The notes: generated by a model from the letters alone, not told the origin. Positions 1 to 10,457 are shown, counted from the first letter of the stretch. The stretch: DNA of 64,000 nt from Clostridia bacterium (GCA_017532825.1 JAFXIT010000024.1:31846-95845); one strand, 5' to 3'. Program-made: numbers and translations.

Positions 1-2598
1 ACGGCGGTTAAAGTCGTACTCCGACATACGTCTGCAGAAGTCTGCAAAGCCTCGGAAGTCTCCTCCCCGCTTGCGCTCGGCGACGAGGTCACGTATGAGC
101 CCACCGCCGACGTTCTTTATCGCCGCCATACCGAAGCGGATATTGCTTCCCTCGACGGTAAAGCAGTCCTCGGAATGGTTGACGTCGGGGGGCAGTACCT
201 CGATGCCAAGCTCCTTGCACTCGCCGCTGTAAAGGGCGACCTTACCTGCGTCTCCGAGCACGCTCGAAAGCAGGGCGCCCATATACTCTCTTGGGTAGTT
301 GTGCTTTAAATAGGCGGTCTGATAGGCTACCAAAGCATACACCGCCGCATGGGCCTTGTTAAAGGCGTAGGAGGCAAAGTCGGATATTTCGGAATACAGG
401 GCAAGGGCGGTAGATTCGGGCACGCCGTGCTCGGCACAGCCCGCCACGAAGCCCTCCTTCTCCTTTTCAAGGATGGTCTTGTCCTTTTTTGCAATGCCTC
501 GGCGGACAAGGTCGGCCTTTCCCAGGGAATACCCCGCAAGCTGCTTGAATATCTCCATGACCTGCTCTTGGTATACTATACAGCCGTAGGTGACCTCAAG
601 TATATTTTTAAGCAGGGGATGGCGGTAGGTGATCTTGTCACGGTGGGCGGAGTTATAGAGGTATTTGGGTATGGAATCCATCGGACCCGGGCGGTAGAGG
701 GCTATAAGGGCGGTGATGTCTTCTATCGACCTTGGCTTAAGGCCTACCGCAACGGCGGTCATTCCTCCGCTGTCAAGCTGGAATACGCCAAGAGTCCTGC
801 CCTCGCCCAGCATCTTGTAGGTACCCTCATCGTCATCGGGTATGCTGCTTATATCAAAGTCGGGCTTGGTCTTTCTTATCTGAGCTGCCGCCTCGTCGAT
901 TATGGTAAGGTTTCGAAGACCGAGAATGTCTATCTTGACAAGGCCGAGCTTCTCGACCGTCTTCATCTCAAACTGGGTCACGGTTCCCTCGCCGTCCTTT
1001 GAAACGGCAAGCGGAACGTACTCGTCGACGGGACGGGCGGTTATTATGACACCTGCGGCGTGGGTGGAGACGTTTCGGGGCATACCCTCTATCCCCTGCG
1101 CAACGTCAAGGATGCGTTTTGCATCGGGGTCGGAATCGTAGAGCTCACGCAACGGCTTTACCTGCTCCAAGGATGCGGCGATGGTGACCTTTTCTCCGTC
1201 TGCAAGGGGACGGTTTGGAATGAGCTTTGCGATGGTGTCGCCCGTTGTGACGGGGTAGTTCAGCACCCTCGCCGTATCACGCACGGCGGCACGGGCCGCC
1301 ATGGTGCCGAAGGCGATTATCTGGGTGACACGCTCCGAGCCGTAGCGGCGGACGATGTAGTCTATTATCTCTCCCCTGCGGTTTGGGCAGAAGTCTATAT
1401 CAAAGTCGGGCATCGACACCCTTTCGGGGTTGAGAAAGCGCTCGAAAAAGAGCTGGTACTTTATCGGGCAGAGGTCGGTTATCCCAAGGCAGTAGGCGGC
1501 GATGCTTCCCGCACCCGAGCCTCGTCCCGGGCCGACGGGTATGCCCGTCCGCTTTGCAAAGGAGACGTAGTCCCACACTATCAGATAGTAGTCGGTATAT
1601 CCCATACGGGTAATGACCGAGAGCTCGTATTCAAGTCTTTGGGTATACACCTCTCCCGGGTCCTCACCGTAGCGGCGGCGCATACCCTCGGCGCAGAGGT
1701 GTCTTAAATATTCCTCGGAGTCGGAAAAGCCCTCGGGCAGGTCAAACTTGGGAAGGACGTAGCCCGAAAACTTGAACTCCACGTTGCACATATCGGCGAT
1801 CTTTTGGGTGTTTTCTATCGCCTGCGGCAGAGAGGGGAAGAGTGCGGACATCTCCTCCTCGGATTTTACGTAAAACTCGTTGCTTTCAAAGCGCATACGG
1901 TCGGGGGAGTCGAGGGTCTTGTTGGTCTGTATGCAGAGCAATACGTCCTGTATCTCCGATTGCTCCTTTGTCAGATAGTGTACGTCGTTGGTGGCTACGA
2001 GCTCTATGCCGGTCTCACGGGATATGCGGATAAGGCCTCTGTTGACCTTTTTCTGCTCGGCAAGACCGTGGTCCTGTATCTCAAGGAAGAAATTTCCATC
2101 GCCGTATACCGAATTGAGCTTCTTGGCATATTCAAGCGCACCGTCGTAATCGTCAAGCAAAAGCCTTCTCGGTATGGCTCCCGCAAGGCAGGCAGACAGA
2201 CAGATAAGCCCCTCGGAGTATTTCTCAAGGAGCTCCATGTCCACCCTGGGCTTACCGTAAAAGCCCTCGGTAAAGCCTCGGCTGACCAGCTTTACGAGGT
2301 TATGGTATCCGACGTTGTCCTTGCACAAAAGAATCAGGTGGGAATATCCCGAGTCCAGCTCGTAGGTCTTATCAAACCTCGTGCGTGGGGCGACGTATAC
2401 CTCGCATCCGATTATCGGCTTTATACCTGCGGCGATAGCAGCGTTGTACATCTTCATTACACCGTACATCGCACCGTGGTCGGTGATGGCGACGGCGGTC
2501 TGTCCCAGCTCCTTAAGACGGCTCATAAGCCCGTCTATGCGGCAGGCTCCGTCAAGCAGGCTGTATTCGGTATGCAGATGCAGATGTGCAAAGCTCAT
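1..2598 (-). CDS. dnaE: DNA polymerase III alpha subunit (DnaE type), first 866 codons; gene runs off the window start
   Basis: Minus-strand frame is open from ATG 2598-2596 to position 1 and is absent from the ORF track because no stop lies in the window. Hand translation gives MSFAHLHLHTEYSLLDGA (PHP domain), then PVGPGRGSGAGSIAAY and YAFNKAHAAVYALVAYQTAYLK, typical of polIII alpha. Confidence 0.9.
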   Translation of the reverse strand, partial: MSFAHLHLHTEYSLLDGACRIDGLMSRLKELGQTAVAITDHGAMYGVMKMYNAAIAAGIKPIIGCEVYVAPRTRFDKTYELDSGYSHLILLCKDNVGYHNLVKLVSRGFTEGFYGKPRVDMELLEKYSEGLICLSACLAGAIPRRLLLDDYDGALEYAKKLNSVYGDGNFFLEIQDHGLAEQKKVNRGLIRISRETGIELVATNDVHYLTKEQSEIQDVLLCIQTNKTLDSPDRMRFESNEFYVKSEEEMSALFPSLPQAIENTQKIADMCNVEFKFSGYVLPKFDLPEGFSDSEEYLRHLCAEGMRRRYGEDPGEVYTQRLEYELSVITRMGYTDYYLIVWDYVSFAKRTGIPVGPGRGSGAGSIAAYCLGITDLCPIKYQLFFERFLNPERVSMPDFDIDFCPNRRGEIIDYIVRRYGSERVTQIIAFGTMAARAAVRDTARVLNYPVTTGDTIAKLIPNRPLADGEKVTIAASLEQVKPLRELYDSDPDAKRILDVAQGIEGMPRNVSTHAAGVIITARPVDEYVPLAVSKDGEGTVTQFEMKTVEKLGLVKIDILGLRNLTIIDEAAAQIRKTKPDFDISSIPDDDEGTYKMLGEGRTLGVFQLDSGGMTAVAVGLKPRSIEDITALIALYRPGPMDSIPKYLYNSAHRDKITYRHPLLKNILEVTYGCIVYQEQVMEIFKQLAGYSLGKADLVRRGIAKKDKTILEKEKEGFVAGCAEHGVPESTALALYSEISDFASYAFNKAHAAVYALVAYQTAYLKHNYPREYMGALLSSVLGDAGKVALYSGECKELGIEVLPPDVNHSEDCFTVEGSNIRFGMAAIKNVGGGLIRDLVAERKRGGDFRGFADFCRRMSEYDFNRR

Positions 2599-3506
2599 TT
2601 TCCTTCACCACGCATTTCGCTGTAAAGCTGTTCTATCTTTTTAAGTCTGTGATTAAGTCCCGATTTGGTTATCGGAGGGTCGGCGTTTTGTGCAAGCTCG
2701 GAAAGAGGCGCATCGGGAAAGCGCTCTCTGAGCTCGGCGGCCTCCTTAAGACGGATAGGTAGCTCTTCGTATCTTCCCGCCGCCTTTAGTGCGGCGATCG
2801 CCTCAAGCTGGATATTTCCGTTTTCGACCGAGCGCAGAAGGTTTGCCGTCTCGCAGTTGACCTTGCGGTTTATGGTGTTGCGGACGTCCTTGATGACCTT
2901 GGTCTCCATTATGCTCATGGCCGCCCTCGGCGCACCCATAAGCGTAAGTATCTCTTCTATGGCCTCGCTGCCCTTGAAGTATACCACGTTAGTGTAACGG
3001 CGCTTTGCGGTCTTGGGAGGCATTCCCATATCGCAAAGGAGGGCGTAAAGCTCTCTTGAGAGCACGGCATGTGTGGTGGTAAACTCAAGGGAGTAGTCCC
3101 TTTCGGGGTCGGTAACGTATCCGCCGGTCAGAAATGCACCCCTGAGAAAGGCTGCACGGCAGCAGTCGTCCTCTACAAGGGGGGCGTTGAGGTGGAGAAC
3201 GAGCTGGTCACGGTATTCGTATCCCAGCACCGAAAATATCCTTTCCATATCCCCGGGGTCATCAAGGGAGATGGTATGTCTGCTTCCGGTAACGCTTGCG
3301 CTCCAGCTTGGGGTATAGCCCATTGCCCTTTCGCAAACTATACCGAGGTGCTTTAAAAGGAGAGGATTATGGGTCTGGATGCGCACACTGCTGCGCTCAA
3401 GCGAGGATGCAAACAAAAGTATACCGCAAAGCTCTGCCCTTGCACAGCAGGTCCTTGCCGACGCTGCGCGCGAAAGCTCCTTTTTGATATTTGCCGAAAA
3501 GGACAT
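2595..3506 (-). CDS. whiA: Sporulation/cell-division transcription regulator WhiA
   Basis: 303 aa, MSFSANIKKELSR start. It has the LAGLIDADG-like middle domain (AAFLRGAFLTGGY) and a C-terminal HTH (SELAQNADPPITKSGLNHRLKKI). The TGA stop overlaps the dnaE ATG (ATGA). Confidence 0.9.
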   Translation of the reverse strand: MSFSANIKKELSRAASARTCCARAELCGILLFASSLERSSVRIQTHNPLLLKHLGIVCERAMGYTPSWSASVTGSRHTISLDDPGDMERIFSVLGYEYRDQLVLHLNAPLVEDDCCRAAFLRGAFLTGGYVTDPERDYSLEFTTTHAVLSRELYALLCDMGMPPKTAKRRYTNVVYFKGSEAIEEILTLMGAPRAAMSIMETKVIKDVRNTINRKVNCETANLLRSVENGNIQLEAIAALKAAGRYEELPIRLKEAAELRERFPDAPLSELAQNADPPITKSGLNHRLKKIEQLYSEMRGEGK

Positions 3507-3522
3507 CCCCGACCCTCACCTT

Positions 3523-4347
3523 CTACATAAATTTTATCTCTGTTTCGAGGCTTACGCCAAATTGCGAAAGCACACGCTCCTGTATCAGCTCAATGAGCCT
3601 TTTCACGTCATCTGCGGTAGCGCCGCCGATGTTTACTATAAACCCCGCATGCTTATTCGACACCTGCGCTCCGCCGACCGAGGCACCCTTAAGGCCGCAG
3701 TCTTCTATGAGTCGGCCCGCATAATACCCCTCGGGGCGCTTGAAAACACTCCCCGCACTGGGCAGCTCAAGGGGCTGGGAGGCACGTCTCTTGGCGGCAA
3801 GCTCGGCCATTCTTTCCCGTATCCTCTCGGGGTCGCCCCTTGAAAGCTTCATCACCGCCGAAAGTGCCGTTCCGCCCTCGGAATAGAGACTGTGACGGTA
3901 GCCAAAGCAGTGGTCGGTGACCTCGGAGGGGCCGTTTTTATCCAACCGCACCGACGATACCACCGTTTGCGACAGTTCCCCGCCGTAGGCACCTGCGTTC
4001 ATACACAGCCCTCCGCCGAGGCTTCCGGGGATACCTGCAGCAAACTCAAGACCCGTAAGCCCCTCCTTTGCCGCAGCGGTGGCGACACGGGCAAGGCTTG
4101 CGCCGCATTGGGCACGTATATACTCGCCCTCGACCTCTATTGAGCTTAAAAGAGAGGTCTTTACCACCCTGCCTGCATACCCTTCATCGGGTGCAAGCAG
4201 GTTGCTTCCCGAGCCGAGTATAAAGCAGTCACCCTCGCATACGAGAGCCGCAAGCTCTTGTGCCGTCTCGGGGAAATACATGGTGCAGGGTCCGCCTATT
4301 TTGAAGGTAGTATGCTTCGAAAGAAGCTCGTTTTCAACTATCCTCAT
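3523..4347 (-). CDS. murB: UDP-N-acetylenolpyruvoylglucosamine reductase
   Basis: 274 aa with HTTFKIGGP, GSGSNLL, GIPGSLGGGLCMNAGAYG and PSAGSVFKRP motifs. Confidence 0.92.
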   Translation of the reverse strand: MRIVENELLSKHTTFKIGGPCTMYFPETAQELAALVCEGDCFILGSGSNLLAPDEGYAGRVVKTSLLSSIEVEGEYIRAQCGASLARVATAAAKEGLTGLEFAAGIPGSLGGGLCMNAGAYGGELSQTVVSSVRLDKNGPSEVTDHCFGYRHSLYSEGGTALSAVMKLSRGDPERIRERMAELAAKRRASQPLELPSAGSVFKRPEGYYAGRLIEDCGLKGASVGGAQVSNKHAGFIVNIGGATADDVKRLIELIQERVLSQFGVSLETEIKFM

Positions 4348-4359
4348 GGAGTGTCGGTC

Positions 4360-6803
4360 TCACCTCGTCCCGCTCGCCGTGTGTACGTGGCAGCCTCCCT
4401 CGATGGAGGCACCCTCGGCGGACACGGCGGGATAATACATTGAAAGGATATAATCTGAAAGCCTGCCCGGCAGGTGTACGGTATATTTTTCGTCGCTTAC
4501 CGCAACCGAGGGCACAAAGAAGTATCTGTAAAGGTCAAGACGCACCGCAGGCTCGACCGTCGATGCGGGACAGTAGCTGCCGGCAAGTCTGCCCGACTCG
4601 GTACAGATGCTGACGGCGGTATGGAGCTTACAGGCAGAGGTCGGCACGTCGCCTGCGAAGAATTTACCGTAGGCGACCCTGCTTCCCCGCTCGTCGGAAC
4701 GGCAAAGGGAGGTCGGAAGTGCGCCCGAGTCAAGACAGTAGGCGGCGGTGACCAATCCCGCAGGCTCGGCAAAGTCTGCCGAGGGAAGCCCCTGATGAAG
4801 TATATTCATCACCTTGCTCCATATCTCCACCGAGGGGTTGGTCGAAAGGGCGGACATCTCCCTGTCGTTATCAAAGCCGAACCATACGCCGCCGACGTAG
4901 TAGGGGGTAAAGCCTATAAACCAACGGTCAAAGTCGTTGGAGGTGGTACCCGTCTTGCCTGCGGTGGCAATATTGGGTATCTGTGCGGCGGTGGCAGTGC
5001 CGCCCGTGACCGTTTCACGGAGCATGCTCCGCATATAATAGGCCGTTTCGGTGGATATGGCGAGGTGGTAGTTTCCTTCCTTCGAAAGGATGACCTTTCC
5101 GTTGCTGTCAAGCACCCTCGTGTAGGCCGTCGGCTCGACGTATACCCCGTCGTTTATAAAGGGGACGTAGGCCGCCGTCATCTCAAGGAGGCTGACACCC
5201 TGACTAAGTCCGCCAAGGGCAAGCTGGGAGTAGCCCAGATCGGTATAGGTCTGGTTGTTTACCGTCAGATTTCGGTTGAGGGACAGACCGAAGTTCTCGG
5301 TTGCAAAATCAAACGAGGTCTCAAGCGAGAGCATATCAAGCGCTCTCACCGCAATGGTATTGAGCGAATAGGCGACTGCCTTGCTGACGGTGGTCAGCCC
5401 TCGGTAGATGCGGTTGCTGTTTACCGGCCAGACGTTGGCGTTGATACCCGTTATCGCCGCCGAGTCGGGCTCGATAAGGGCGCCGTAGTCGGTTATGAGC
5501 TTGGTCGGGCTGTCGTCAAGGACGGTATAGGGGGTCATCAGACCGTACTCGATGGCAGGAGCAAAGACACTGACGGGCTTTATAACCGAGCCCGGCTGCT
5601 GCTTTGAAAGGGCGCGGTTGAGCACCAGCTCACCGTATTTTTCACCGATACCGCCCACAAGTCCGAGCAGTCTTCCGTCGGGCGACATTATGACCATCGC
5701 CGATTCGGGCTGGGTAGTACCCTTCATAGTCGGGAAGTTGTTTCGGTCGGTATACACCTTCTCGATGGCAGCCTGTACCTCGGGATCGATGGTCGCCTCG
5801 ATGGTAAGTCCTCCGGAGTAGAGCATCTGGTAGGCAAGGGTGCCGGAGTAGCCGTACTGCTCCATAAGATCGTTAGTGACCTGGCTTATCAGATAGTCCA
5901 CGAAGTAGGAATTTGTGTCGGCGGTGACGCTTTCCTCCTCACGGTCGGTATTGAACACCAGCGGCTCAAGCACCGCAGAGGTATACTCCTCCCTGCTTAT
6001 CTTACCCTGCCGATACATCTGAAGCAGTATCAGCTCCTGGCGGTCCTTGTTGTTTTCACGGTTCTGGAAGGGGTCGTAATAGGTCGGGCTGTTTGTAATG
6101 CCCGCAAGGCAGGCGCACTCTGCAAGGGTCAGCTCGCTTACCTCCTTGCCGAAATATACGTCGGCCGCCGAGCGGACCCCGTAGCAGCCCTGGCTGAGAT
6201 TGATGGTATTGAGATACATCTCGATTATCTGCTCCTTGGAGAGCTTCTTTTCGAGGTTTACCGCTCTGAGTATCTCAAGCACCTTTCGCTGGACGGTGAC
6301 GTCGTCATCGCCCGTCAGATTTTTTACAAGCTGTTGGGTTATGGTCGAGCCGCCGAAGTTTCCCGAAAAGGGCATTATAAGGTTGACGGCGGCACCGAGG
6401 GTCCTCTTCCAGTCGACACCCTTGTGGCTTTCAAAGCGCTCATCCTCAATGGCGATGATGGCGTCGATCATATACCTCGGTATCTCCTCGTAGTTGACCC
6501 ACACACGGTTCTCACTGCCGTGAAGGGCGGTAAGCTCTACCCCTCACCGTTGTCGGTAAGATAGGTCACCGTAGAGGTATAGTTCATATTTATCGTGCCT
6601 ATATCTATGTCGGCAAGGGGGGCAAGCTCGCTTCTGACGTAGAGACCGAACGCGCCGAAGCAGATTATCCCCGTAAAGAGTATGACAAGAAGGATCGCCG
6701 CTATGACCGTAAGAATGATCTTCAGGACGTTGACCACCGTTGTCATAATTTCCGATCTTGACTTTTTGGCATTTACCTCAGACATATCATTTCTCCGATA
6801 CAA
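4360..6803 (-). pseudogene. Class A penicillin-binding protein (GT51 transglycosylase + transpeptidase) with the frame broken once near codon 82-88
   Basis: The 88-aa ORF (6537-6803) carries the TM anchor. The 714-aa ORF (4360-6504) carries EDERFESHKGVD, GGSTITQQL, RKVLE and a transpeptidase (SVIKP). The frames join by a -1 shift at GAG GGG TAG (C4 run at 6541-6544 on the plus strand). The likely true start is ATG 6785. Confidence 0.8.
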
Positions 6804-7104
6804 GCTTCATAAGCAGCTCTCTGCTGTCACTCTGGACGGTATTCTCGGCAACCTTGTTGCGTGTGGTGTATCCGCAGCTGCGGCAGCGGTGGATTATCAT
6901 CCAGCCCTTGGCACCGTTGTAGTCGGCACCGACGGGCTCCATTATCCCTCCGCAGTCGGATGCACGGTCGCCCGGCATCACGTCGACGTGCTTTGAGCAA
7001 AGACAGTAGGGGCAGTGGTTTCGATAGCTTCCGTTTGTGACCGGCTCGACCCGTCTGCCGCAGTTTTCACATATAAATCCGGTATTTTCGCTTTTGCGGC
7101 TCAT
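6787..7104 (-). CDS. RNHCP domain protein (Cys-rich zinc-ribbon-like)
   Basis: 105 aa with a literal SYRNHCPYCLCSKH motif plus flanking CxxC pairs. Confidence 0.75.
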   Translation of the reverse strand: MSRKSENTGFICENCGRRVEPVTNGSYRNHCPYCLCSKHVDVMPGDRASDCGGIMEPVGADYNGAKGWMIIHRCRSCGYTTRNKVAENTVQSDSRELLMKLVSEK

Positions 7105-7781
7105 CTGTATATCCTCTCACCGAATATTGCCCTTCCTATCCTCACCACCGTCGAGCCGTAGGCTATGGCCGTCTCGAAATCGTTGCTCATGCCGATGGAA
7201 AGGGTATCAAAGCCGTCGGGGCTGTTGCTTTTTATCCTTGAAAACAGGTCTGCGGCGAGCTCGAAATGTCTTTCGGGCGGTTCGAGGGCAGGCGGTATTG
7301 CGGTAAGTCCCCGAAGGCGCAGGCCCTCGGTCCTGCAGGCAAGGTCACAAAAGGCCTCGACACGGTCGGGAGCTACGCCCGACTTTGCCGCCTCGGAGGC
7401 AATATTGACGCCAACGAGAACGTCCTGCCGCACGCCCCGCTCAAGGGCAAGCCTTGAAAGGGTCTTCAGCAGATGCTCGGAATCGACCGAGTGGATAAGG
7501 TCCACCCTTCCGACAAGGAGCTTTGCCTTGTTTGTCTGGAGCGCCCCGATAAAGTGCAGCGGCAGACCCTCGTACGCACCCAAGGGGTACTTTCGGTCAA
7601 GCTCGTCGGCACGGTTCTCCCCCAAAGCGTCCACGCCCGCCGACACGGCAGTGCGTATCTCCTCGGCAGAGCGGGTCTTGGTGGCCGCAAGAAGGGTTAT
7701 TTCATCGGCATCACGGCCGACCGACCGACAGGCCGTTCCGATGCGACGGCGTATATCTTCGACTGCAGCCGTTATGTCCAT
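7101..7781 (-). CDS. yggS: YggS-family pyridoxal-phosphate homeostasis protein
   Basis: LLAATKTRS, HFIGALQTNK and SIGMSNDFETAI motifs. Start placed at MDITAAVEDIRRR (ATG 7781) rather than the ORF-track start 7904. Its stop overlaps the RNHCP ATG (ATGA). Confidence 0.85.
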   Translation of the reverse strand: MDITAAVEDIRRRIGTACRSVGRDADEITLLAATKTRSAEEIRTAVSAGVDALGENRADELDRKYPLGAYEGLPLHFIGALQTNKAKLLVGRVDLIHSVDSEHLLKTLSRLALERGVRQDVLVGVNIASEAAKSGVAPDRVEAFCDLACRTEGLRLRGLTAIPPALEPPERHFELAADLFSRIKSNSPDGFDTLSIGMSNDFETAIAYGSTVVRIGRAIFGERIYR

Positions 7782-7908
7782 TCGGGGCAAACCTCCGTTA
7801 AGTATATATTCTGTTTTATTATACCTCTTTTTCCTATAAAATACAATAGTAAAAGAGATAATAAAAAGAGGTGCCGCAAAAGGACACCTCTTTGGTATTG
7901 GCACTATT

Positions 7909-8460
7909 TTATTTCATACCCTCGAGAGGTCTGGCATACTTGCCCATCTCGTTCATCAGCTCGACAGCCTCTTCACGGGTCTGTGCGGGGTAGACGACCG
8001 CTACGCCGTTGGCGACCGACCAGGCCTGGTTTTCGTGGATACAGAGAACGAAGGCGGTCAGGTCCTCGTTAAAATAAAGGGTACCCAGAAGCTTGGTCTC
8101 GTTGCGGTAGATATCGGCTGCGCCGTACTTGCCGTTGTTGAACACGACTTCGCTGCGGTCGACCTTCTGTCCGTTCATACCTGTCTCAATGGGGTTATCT
8201 CCGCCGAGGTAGATGGAGTAGTCGCCTATGACGATCTTGCCCTCAAACTTATCGCTGTCCATAAGTTTGCGGGTATACACGCCGGAGATCTCAATGGGGG
8301 TCTCGACGGCATAGTTAACGTCGCCGCCCTTTATCTCCAGAGCGTTGCCCTTGAGCTCAAGATTAATATCTTCGCTTCCGATCTTCAGCAGCACAACGGC
8401 CACAACTATCGCTACGGCTGCGAGGATCAAGCCGATCAAAGCAATCTTTTTCTTTGCCAT
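7909..8460 (-). CDS. Hypothetical membrane-anchored protein
   Basis: 183 aa with an N-terminal MAKKKIALIGLILAAVAIVVAVVLL anchor. No recognisable family. Confidence 0.55.
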   Translation of the reverse strand: MAKKKIALIGLILAAVAIVVAVVLLKIGSEDINLELKGNALEIKGGDVNYAVETPIEISGVYTRKLMDSDKFEGKIVIGDYSIYLGGDNPIETGMNGQKVDRSEVVFNNGKYGAADIYRNETKLLGTLYFNEDLTAFVLCIHENQAWSVANGVAVVYPAQTREEAVELMNEMGKYARPLEGMK

Positions 8461-8672
8461 AATGAATCAAATCCGCCTTTCCCTATCGGTTATAAGTCGT
8501 TATTTATAATTATAACTTCCGTACCAATGATTGTCAAGCACTTTTCAAACAAACACTCAAGCAAAAATTTTTTGTCGTCAAAGGTAAAAAAGAAAAAATT
8601 TTTCCAAAAAGGCTTTATCTTTTTTCAGTTTTGTGGTAAGATATAGGAAACTGTTTTAGGAGGCACTCTTTT

Positions 8673-9254
8673 ATGACTCAGACTCAACAGATACTTATAA
8701 CAATAAATAGTTTCCTGGAGCCCTTGGCGATCATTGCTTTTGCCATCTCCTTCCAGTTTAGCAACCGTAAGCTTATTAAGCTCTTCCTCTGTTTGGGATT
8801 TTTCTTCGTAGGCGGATCTACCCTCTGTCAGACCTTATACTCCGTCTCCGCTTACAGGCTCTACCTCTCCCCCGTCGTCTTCTCCTTTATCACCGTTATC
8901 ATGTATTCTCTGAGCTATACCAAGCTCTTTAACACCAGCGAGGACTTCAAGCTTTGGCCTCTTATCTATGCTCTGGTAGGTATCGTTCCCTTTGCTGTGC
9001 TGTCCATCGCCATCCCCAAGCAGGATCCCTACTCCGTACTGCTGCTGGTTGCCGCAACCGTATCGACCTTCTTTGCATTCGATATGAAGTCCGACCGCTA
9101 TATGCGTAACATGCACATTGCTACCTGTCTGTTCTCGGTATTCTTCTACTACACCAACTCCAACATGCAGCTCACCTACGCCTTCATAGCAATGCTGATA
9201 TCTCTCGTCGTCGGCAAGATCCGTTTTGAGAGAGGCGAAGCCAAGAACCGCTGA
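8673..9254 (+). CDS. Polytopic membrane protein, divergent YgjV-like
   Basis: 193 aa and highly hydrophobic. The AFAISFQFSNRK block resembles the downstream paralogue. The region is visibly more AT-rich than its neighbours. TGATG junction with the next gene. Confidence 0.5.
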   Translation: MTQTQQILITINSFLEPLAIIAFAISFQFSNRKLIKLFLCLGFFFVGGSTLCQTLYSVSAYRLYLSPVVFSFITVIMYSLSYTKLFNTSEDFKLWPLIYALVGIVPFAVLSIAIPKQDPYSVLLLVAATVSTFFAFDMKSDRYMRNMHIATCLFSVFFYYTNSNMQLTYAFIAMLISLVVGKIRFERGEAKNR

Positions 9255-9760
9255 TGGAGACCTTTGCCCAGATCCTTGGGTTTATCGGTCTTGCCCTTGC
9301 CATCGTCTCCTTTCAAAGCAACCGCCGCCGTAACATCCTGCTTTTTCAGCTTCTTGCAGGGACGGTCTTCACCCTTCACTTCCTGCTTATCGGTGCCTAC
9401 ACCGGCTCTCTGCTCAACGTCATCGGCGTTGCTCGCTCGGCGGTGTTTTCCTTCAAGGGAAAGAAGTGGGCCGACAGCAGGGTATGGATCGGAGTATTCT
9501 GCGCCGCCATGGCCGTTATAGGTATATTTACCTGGGACGGGCCCGCAAGCCTCCTTCCGACGGTGGCAATGATGCTGACCACGGTGGCCTTCTTCCTTTC
9601 AAACCCTACCTACATAAGGCGACTCAACCTCCCCTCCTCTCCGATGTGGATGGTCTACAACCTTATAAATCGGTCCTACGGAGGAATACTTACCGAGTGC
9701 TTCGTTATGACCTCGCTCTTGATTGCAATGTTCCGCTTCGACCGAAAAAAGAAAGTATGA
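9254..9760 (+). CDS. YgjV-family inner membrane protein
   Basis: 168 aa. FIGLALAIVSFQSNRRRNILLFQLLAGTVFTLHFLLIGAYTG is a pattern typical of YgjV (PF10688-like). Confidence 0.65.
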   Translation: METFAQILGFIGLALAIVSFQSNRRRNILLFQLLAGTVFTLHFLLIGAYTGSLLNVIGVARSAVFSFKGKKWADSRVWIGVFCAAMAVIGIFTWDGPASLLPTVAMMLTTVAFFLSNPTYIRRLNLPSSPMWMVYNLINRSYGGILTECFVMTSLLIAMFRFDRKKKV

Positions 9761-9761
9761 T

Positions 9762-9800
9762 AAAAGCTCCGCCTGCCTCACGGCAAGCGGAGCTTTTTTA
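9762..9800. terminator. Bidirectional hairpin terminator (ygjV paralogue / crp)
   Basis: AAAAGCTCCGC...GCGGAGCTTTT, with an A-run and a T-run on either side. Confidence 0.75.
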
Positions 9801-10457
9801 TAACAGCCTGAAGTGTTTTCTGTTGCTTTCAAGCACGCCCTCATCCCTGAGCTTGCCTATCTCGGCGGACAGACCGCTTCGGTCCACCTCCAGAAAATCG
9901 GCAAGCTCCTGCCTGTCAAAGGGTATCTCGAAGCTGTCGCTTCCGGCAAGCTTCGCCTGTCCCATCAGATAGGTCATCAGCTTTTCCCTGGTGGTACGCT
10001 TGGAGGTTATCTCTATGCGCTCGTGAAAGGCGACGGTCTTTCTTGCAAGGTCCTTCATCAGATTGAATATCATCCGACAGTGAAAGTCGCAGGCGTTTGA
10101 GCAGGTGTGAAGGATATGCGAGCAGTCGATAAGCATTACCTCGCTTGGCTCGTTTGCGATGATGCTTATAGGAAGAGAGCTCATCTCGGCGCAGGCAAAG
10201 TCCTCTCCGAACATCTCAGAGGGGCCTGCGTTTGCTATAATACTTCTGTTTCCGTAAAAATCGTTGCGGACGGTCTGCACCGAGCCGCTCAGGACGATGC
10301 CTACGTATTTTGCCGGTGAGCCCTCGGCAAAAACGGTATATTTCTTGTCAAAGTGCTCCACCCTTGCCCTCAGACATCCTAACATCGCCGTGACGTCATC
10401 CCCGTTTACGCCCTCAAACAGCGGACAGCGGCAGAGAATTTCGGAATATTTTTTCAC
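9798..10457 (-). CDS. Crp/Fnr-family transcription regulator
   Basis: cNMP-binding-like N-terminal domain and C-terminal HTH (RQELADFLEVDRSGLSAEIGKLRDEG). Start moved to GTG 10457, which is preceded by AAGGAG. The ORF-track start 10499 would overlap the operator-like palindrome. Confidence 0.8.
   Translation of the reverse strand: MKKYSEILCRCPLFEGVNGDDVTAMLGCLRARVEHFDKKYTVFAEGSPAKYVGIVLSGSVQTVRNDFYGNRSIIANAGPSEMFGEDFACAEMSSLPISIIANEPSEVMLIDCSHILHTCSNACDFHCRMIFNLMKDLARKTVAFHERIEITSKRTTREKLMTYLMGQAKLAGSDSFEIPFDRQELADFLEVDRSGLSAEIGKLRDEGVLESNRKHFRLL

Noticed and set aside
8461-9254. AT-rich stretch with a divergent YgjV-like gene as a horizontally acquired island.
   Set aside because: It has no mobility genes, flanking repeats or tRNA. 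The gene is a paralogue of its neighbour, so the compositional shift alone is insufficient evidence.
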